A stretch of DNA of 64,000 bases from the human T2T-CHM13v2.0 reference genome, Homo sapiens. The translations under genes and the position numbers were made by a program. The notes below the pieces were generated by a model. That model was not told where the DNA came from. It saw only the letters and a list, made by a program, of their open reading frames with translations, and ran no database searches. How positions within the stretch are numbered: position 1 is the stretch's first letter; each line of letters starts with the position of its first letter. Shown here piece after piece: positions 56,990 to 64,000 of this stretch. The DNA lies in the NCBI RefSeq assembly GCF_009914755.1, contig NC_060935.1. The stretch is one strand, 5' to 3'.

Positions 56990-57400
56990 CCCACTCCACG
57001 CCCACCACTGCCCTTTTCTCCCTTTGCTTCCCAAGTAACACATGCATAAAGCAATCACTAGCACAGAAGGATGCGTGGTAAAAAGCACAAGTGTCGCTTT
57101 ATCCTCCATGGCTGCCCTGAGTCTGCTTCCCCACTGCCCAGAGGCTGTCACCAGTTTGGTGTGCAGCTTATGCATTTACCTGAAGTTATGTCCACAAATG
57201 ACTACCAAGCTTTTTTAGCATAAATGGAACCATCCCATACATAGCATTCTCCACCTTGCTTTTACACTTGGCAGCTTTCCATGGCAGCACATAAATTTGC
57301 TTCTTTCTCTTTAATGGATGCAAAGCATTTCATAGTTTGCATGGACTACAATTTATTTAACCAGTTTACTGTTGATGGGTGTTAAGGTTATCTCCACTTT
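56990..57400 (-). mobile_element. Old L1ME-like fragment
   Basis: TTTAATGGATGCAAAGCATTTCATAG..CAATTTATTTAACCAGTT..GTTGATGGG. Confidence 0.55.
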
Positions 57401-57834
57401 TTCTGAGGCCACAAAGCATTGGTTTTTATTTGCCAAAGCTCTAGGGAAGGCAGAGATTGTCCAGCCACAGACCCCAACTATGAACAGTGCAGCTTCTCGG
57501 TAGCCATCCTTTCTCCATTCCCTTCTTGAGGCTCCCCATTCAGCTCAGCCTCTCCTGCTGTTGGCCTTAATAGCATGTGACACTTGGCACAAGAGCCACT
57601 GAGCAACAGAGGAGCTTCGTTCTATCTCTGATGTGGCTGTGTTTCTTTAAGTGCTCTTGTTAATGTTTCATGATGGATGGCGGTGAAACATGGGAAATGT
57701 ACCAGCCTGAGTTCTTAAAGTATCTGCTCACACTAACTTAATGTATTCATTTATTCAGCGTGACAGTGAAAGTAAAAAAGTACTGTGAATGCATAGGCAA
57801 GCTTCAGAGGGAGAGTAAGGAGGACAAGAGGAAG

Positions 57835-58330
57835 AGAACTAACATTTATTAAACCTCTTCTAAGCGCCAGGCATTTTACATTTGTGAGCTCACGAATATT
57901 CCTCACTGTACCCAGAGAGTTGCTAATACTATTCCCATTTTGCAGATAAGAAAACTCAGGTGATGCAGCTTATCCAAAGACATGTAGACAGGCAGAGACT
58001 GGCATCAAAACCTCATGCTGTTTCTGTCCAATTCTGCTGCCCTGGTTGCTGTGTTATTGGAAGATATCAGAGATGGTAAGGCATGACAACAATAGCTAAC
58101 ATTTATTGGGTGCTTACTATGTGCCAGGAGTCATCCTAAGTTCATCCTGTATATGAACACACTTGTAAGGATGTGAGATAGTGAACAACTGCTATACCCA
58201 TTTTGCAGACGAGGAACACAAAGCTTAGAGAGCTTAAGTAATTTTCCCATGGTAATGCATCCCAGCTGGCAGAGTTGGACTTTGAACCTGAGAAGACTGA
58301 TACCTGAGCTCCTGGGCAGAGCCACTCCAC
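57835..58330 (-). mobile_element. Two tandem MIR SINEs
   Basis: CTAACATTTATT starts at about 57839 and 58097; CCCATTTTGCAGA cores. Confidence 0.8.
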
Positions 58331-58364
58331 CTCCCACACTCCCCTGGATGATCAGACAGGATAG

Positions 58365-60351
<1,987 letters not shown>

Positions 60352-60799
60352 AGAATCTTAGGGGTGACCAGAAAGATCAAAGAGCAGCCTCACACTCCTC
60401 CAAGCCACTGGTTGGAGAAGGAAGATTGTCCAGCTGATCCCTTGGTTTTCAAAGAGACAAGCCTCTGCTGGGGGATTGGGAAGATGTCATTTTCAGAACA
60501 TATGACTTGAGAAAACCTTTCCGTGAAGGGGCTCAGCAGTGTCAGCTCATCTTGCTGTGCTATGGTTATCTCACAGCACAGCTTCAAGCTAAGTTGCTAT
60601 CTAAATAGCAGATAGAAATGACAAAATGCAGAGCACTGAGGAGTGGCATGCAGAGACCACCATTACCAGGGAGAAGAGCTGCAGGAGGCGCTCTGGGGCC
60701 AATTCTCAACAGCAAAGGCCCATCCCTTGTCACGGGGGCCTGTACCTTACTGGTTTTTGTGGTGCGTCATGCTTTACTGGACTCTCCAGCTCAGCATTC

Positions 60800-61680
60800 A
60801 TCTGGCAGAAGGGCCATCAAATGCAGAGCCCCTGAGGCTGGAGGCAGCTTGGTGTGTGTGAGGAACAGAAAGAAGGCCATTGTGGTGAAATGCCGTGAGT
60901 GAGGGGGGAGAGGCACAGACAGGAGACTGGGGAAGGAGCACAGAGCCAGATCATGCCCAGGCTTGAAGGTCATGTTAAAATGTTGGATTTCACTCCATGT
61001 TTGAAGGGAAGGCATTTATGTTTTAATCTGATCTCTCTGGTTGCTGATGGGTGAATAAATGGGCAAAGAGTGGAGGCAGGGGGACTTGGTACAGGGTGCC
61101 TGGGGACCCAGCCACACCCACATCAACTGAGATCATGGCCCCAGCCCAGACCCACTGACTTGGAATCTACATCCCCCTGGACTCCTGTGAGAAGCAATGC
61201 TCTAGGGGGAGAAAATGGTTACTTGGACTGAGACGGTAGCCACAGAGGAAACAAGGAAGCGGTCGGATTCAGGATATATTTTATAGATGGAGCTGGCTAT
61301 GTTTGCTTGTGATTTGGATTCTGTGTGTGAGGGGAAAAAAGAATCAAGGATATCACCTAGGCTTTCCACCTGAGCACCTGGGAGAATGCAGGAGCCATTT
61401 ACTCAGGTGGATACACTGGGGGAGGGAAAGGCCTGCAGAGGGAAGTGGGAGAACCAAGAGTTCTCCCTTGATTGTAATGCATTTGAGATGTCTTCTAGAT
61501 GTCCAAGTGGTGCTGTTGAGTGGGAAGTTAGCTCTACAGATTCAGAGCTGAGGGGAGAGTTTGAGGCTGGGGGTGTATTAAAATCCATGGGAATGCCTAG
61601 AAAGTATGGATAGAGATGAGTAAGACCAGTGGCTCAACCTAGCCCTCTGGTATTTAGAGCTGGAAAAAGCAGGAGAGGCT
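60800..61680 (-). mobile_element. L2 LINE fragments
   Basis: CAGAGCCCCTGAGGCTGGAGGCAGCTTGGTGTGTGTGAGGAACAGAAAGAAGGCCA; GATTCAGGATATATTTT. Confidence 0.75.
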
Positions 61681-62391
61681 AGGGTAGATCAGGAAGGCTA
61701 CCATGTTTGCCACTCCTTTCTGGGCATCCAGTTTGTGCCAGGTACATACACGTTTTGCTAGTTTGTACTTCCCAATACAATTGAGCAGTTGGAACTTATT
61801 TTATACATTTAATATAAAAAAACCACCCTGTGGTTCAGAGAGGGTAGGCATTATTTGAGGATTTGAACTCAAGTTAATTTTCAACACCCATATTCTTTGG
61901 ATTATGCCTCATCCAGAGGCAGATGGTCAAGTTGGCTGTGTATATTAGGGAAATATGGCCATATCTGAATTGTTGCCCATTTCCCACCATGCTGGTGCTT
62001 CCCACTTCCTTCAGCTTTCTGAAGTCACTCCTTCTCTGTATTCTGAGAGGGTGAGGAACACATGGGTTAGTGATACCAGGCAGGGTAGACCAGATGTGGA
62101 GGGCCTTGAGGGAAAGACTGTGCTAATGTCCCTCACCCTCCAAACGAAGATCATCTACTGCTCTGCGGCTCCAGACCCCTATGCGGGCAGAAAGTGAGTC
62201 AGGGAGGCATGAAGAAGAGCTCAGTCTTGAGAGGATGAGACAAGCAACAGATCCAGGCAAGGATCCTTCACCAGGAAGGGGAGCCCAGGGTGATGGATAG
62301 GAGCAGCTCATCAGAGCAGGGACAGAGGTATGGGGTGATAAAGACTCAGGTATTAGATCTGAGAACACTAGGGGACATGACCTGGGGAACA

Positions 62392-62437
62392 CAGGTATTA
62401 TTAACAATAATAATAGATCAGGTATTATTAACAATAA
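62392..62437. repeat. 19-bp perfect direct repeat with 8-bp spacer
   Basis: CAGGTATTATTAACAATAA at 62392-62410 and 62419-62437. Confidence 0.9.
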
Positions 62438-62900
62438 AAGCTACTATTTATCAAGCTCATACTATGTAACAGACACTGTTCTCTGGACTTTTGTTTGCGT
62501 TATAGTCATTTAATCACAAACAATAAATATATTTTACTCTGTGCTAAGCATTCTACATTTATAAACTTACTTAATTTTTCACAGCATTCCTATGATGTGG
62601 GAACAATTATTATCCCATTTCACAACTTAAGAAACTAAGCGCAGAGAGGTTGAGTAACCTGCCTAGGATCACACAGCGAGTAAGTGACAGAGCCAGCATT
62701 GGAGTCAGGCTGCCTGACTCCAGAGTTTAGACTTTTAGCTATTATTCTATAGTGAATACTTAACACATAGAAACTCATTCAATCATCACAACAGCCATGT
62801 AGATACTATTATTATCTCTATTTTACAGTTAAGAAAAGTGAGTCTTAGGAGGCTATGTGGTTTGTTCAAGGTCACACAGCTGGAAGGCAGGGGAACTAAA
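62438..62900 (-). mobile_element. Cluster of MIR SINE fragments
   Basis: GAGAGGTTGAGTAACCTGCCTAGGATCACACAGC; CAAGGTCACACAGCTGG. Confidence 0.75.
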
Positions 62901-62966
62901 ATGCTGACGGGGTCTTTGCATGGTACCAGTGTTCAAACTTTTACTTACCAGCCATAGTATCAGATC

Positions 62967-62981
62967 CATGCCACCTGGTGG
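62967..62981 (-). promoter_or_regulatory. CTCF motif
   Basis: Reverse complement CCACCAGGTGGCATG; first 13 nt match the core consensus. Confidence 0.45.
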
Positions 62982-63092
62982 AAGGCAGAGGTGGCAGAAA
63001 GAATGCTTTATGCTGAGCTCTTTGAATGTGGAAGCCAGACTCCCTAAATCCTCTTACTGAGGGTAAGATTGGCTCTAGATCTGGGTGAGCCC

Positions 63093-63288
63093 CAGCAGTA
63101 TCCCCGTGCAGGCTCTGACTGGCTCATGAGAACTAATTGCTTGTGTCTCTTGCTAATTCTGCATTCACTGACACCACAGTGATTGCCTGAAATCAGCTAT
63201 GGTGGGAGTATTTACACCATGGAAATCAGAAAATTCTACAAAGCAGGGGTTATTTTTCCATGACAGCCAATATTCCAGTACATGACTG
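63093..63288. mobile_element. MER63A-like hAT-Blackjack MITE
   Basis: TGAAATCAGCTATGGTGGGAGTATTTACACCATGGAAATC. Confidence 0.75.
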
Positions 63289-63474
63289 ATTAGATTTAAG
63301 CTGACATTTAGAATCAAGGGTGCTCAGCTGGAGGCACAGGAAAGTTATAGAGTCAGGAAGCCAGGTACCTCTCTCCACTAGTCCTGGGGAAAACGAAATC
63401 AGCAAAACATTCGACAAACACAAGCTTAGCAGCTAAAGGATGCTCTGTCTTTGTACCATTAGGCCCTGGAAGTA

Positions 63475-64000
63475 CTTCAGTGAGTTAAATAGACATATTG
63501 CTGACTTATAGTCCAAGAGGGAAGATGGATAATATAAAGAAAACTAAAGAAATTTAAGTGTACAATTTCAAGTTGTGATATTATGAAGGACACAGAGAAG
63601 AATCTAATTGTATAAGGGGTAAGGAAGGTGACTGTAAAGCACTGGCATTTAGACCGGAGACCTCTGGTATGAAAAGGAGCCAGCAAGACCCAGGTAGGCA
63701 GAAAAACTTGGTGAAGACTGAGTGCTGGCAACAGGATGGGCAAATGCTGAGGCCAGTTCAGATGGAGTGTGTGGTGGGCAAGAAGCATAAGCTACGGCCA
63801 GATGGTGTAGGGCCTTGTGTGACACAGGAAGGAGTTTGGTGCAATGGGAAGGCATTGAAGAAGGGTCTTAAGAGGGAGTTAACGTGCTGGGGGGTGATGT
63901 GCTCTAATTTATGATATTAAAAGATGACTTTGGCTCATGTATAGAAAGTAGGCAGGGAGGAGAGTGGTCAGAGCAGAAGTAGGGAAATAGCAGGAATTCA
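63475..64000 (-). mobile_element. L2 LINE fragment
   Basis: GCAAATGCTGAGGCCAG..GTAGGGCCTTGTG..GCAATGGGAAGGCATTGAAG. Confidence 0.65.

Overview
Primate (very likely human) genomic DNA. About half or more is interspersed repeat: MIR, L2, L1 (one full-length but disabled L1PA5-like copy and several 5'-truncated copies), Alu, MaLR/ERVL LTRs including a complete THE1 provirus, and hAT/mariner fossils. I found no convincing host protein-coding exon, RNA gene, CRISPR array or prokaryote-type system. The long ORFs are L1/THE1/Alu remnants, microsatellite artefacts or unsupported chance ORFs. Two consensus + strand splice donors near the start (after 1144 and 2383) and an excess of minus-strand LTR/L1 insertions suggest 5' non-coding exon(s) followed by a long intron of a + strand transcript, which I cannot name. 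The most unusual local structures are: a ~166-bp inverted-repeat hairpin with a third partial copy (19472-19684); an identical ORF2 frameshift in two inverted L1 copies about 34.6 kb apart; a MADE1 (miR-548-type) hairpin with two mutually complementary 6-bp insertions; a young 43-bp tandem duplication; and an AluY with an internal replacement-deletion. Repeat subfamily names come from remembered consensus sequences and should be confirmed with RepeatMasker/Dfam. Boundaries of old repeats are approximate.
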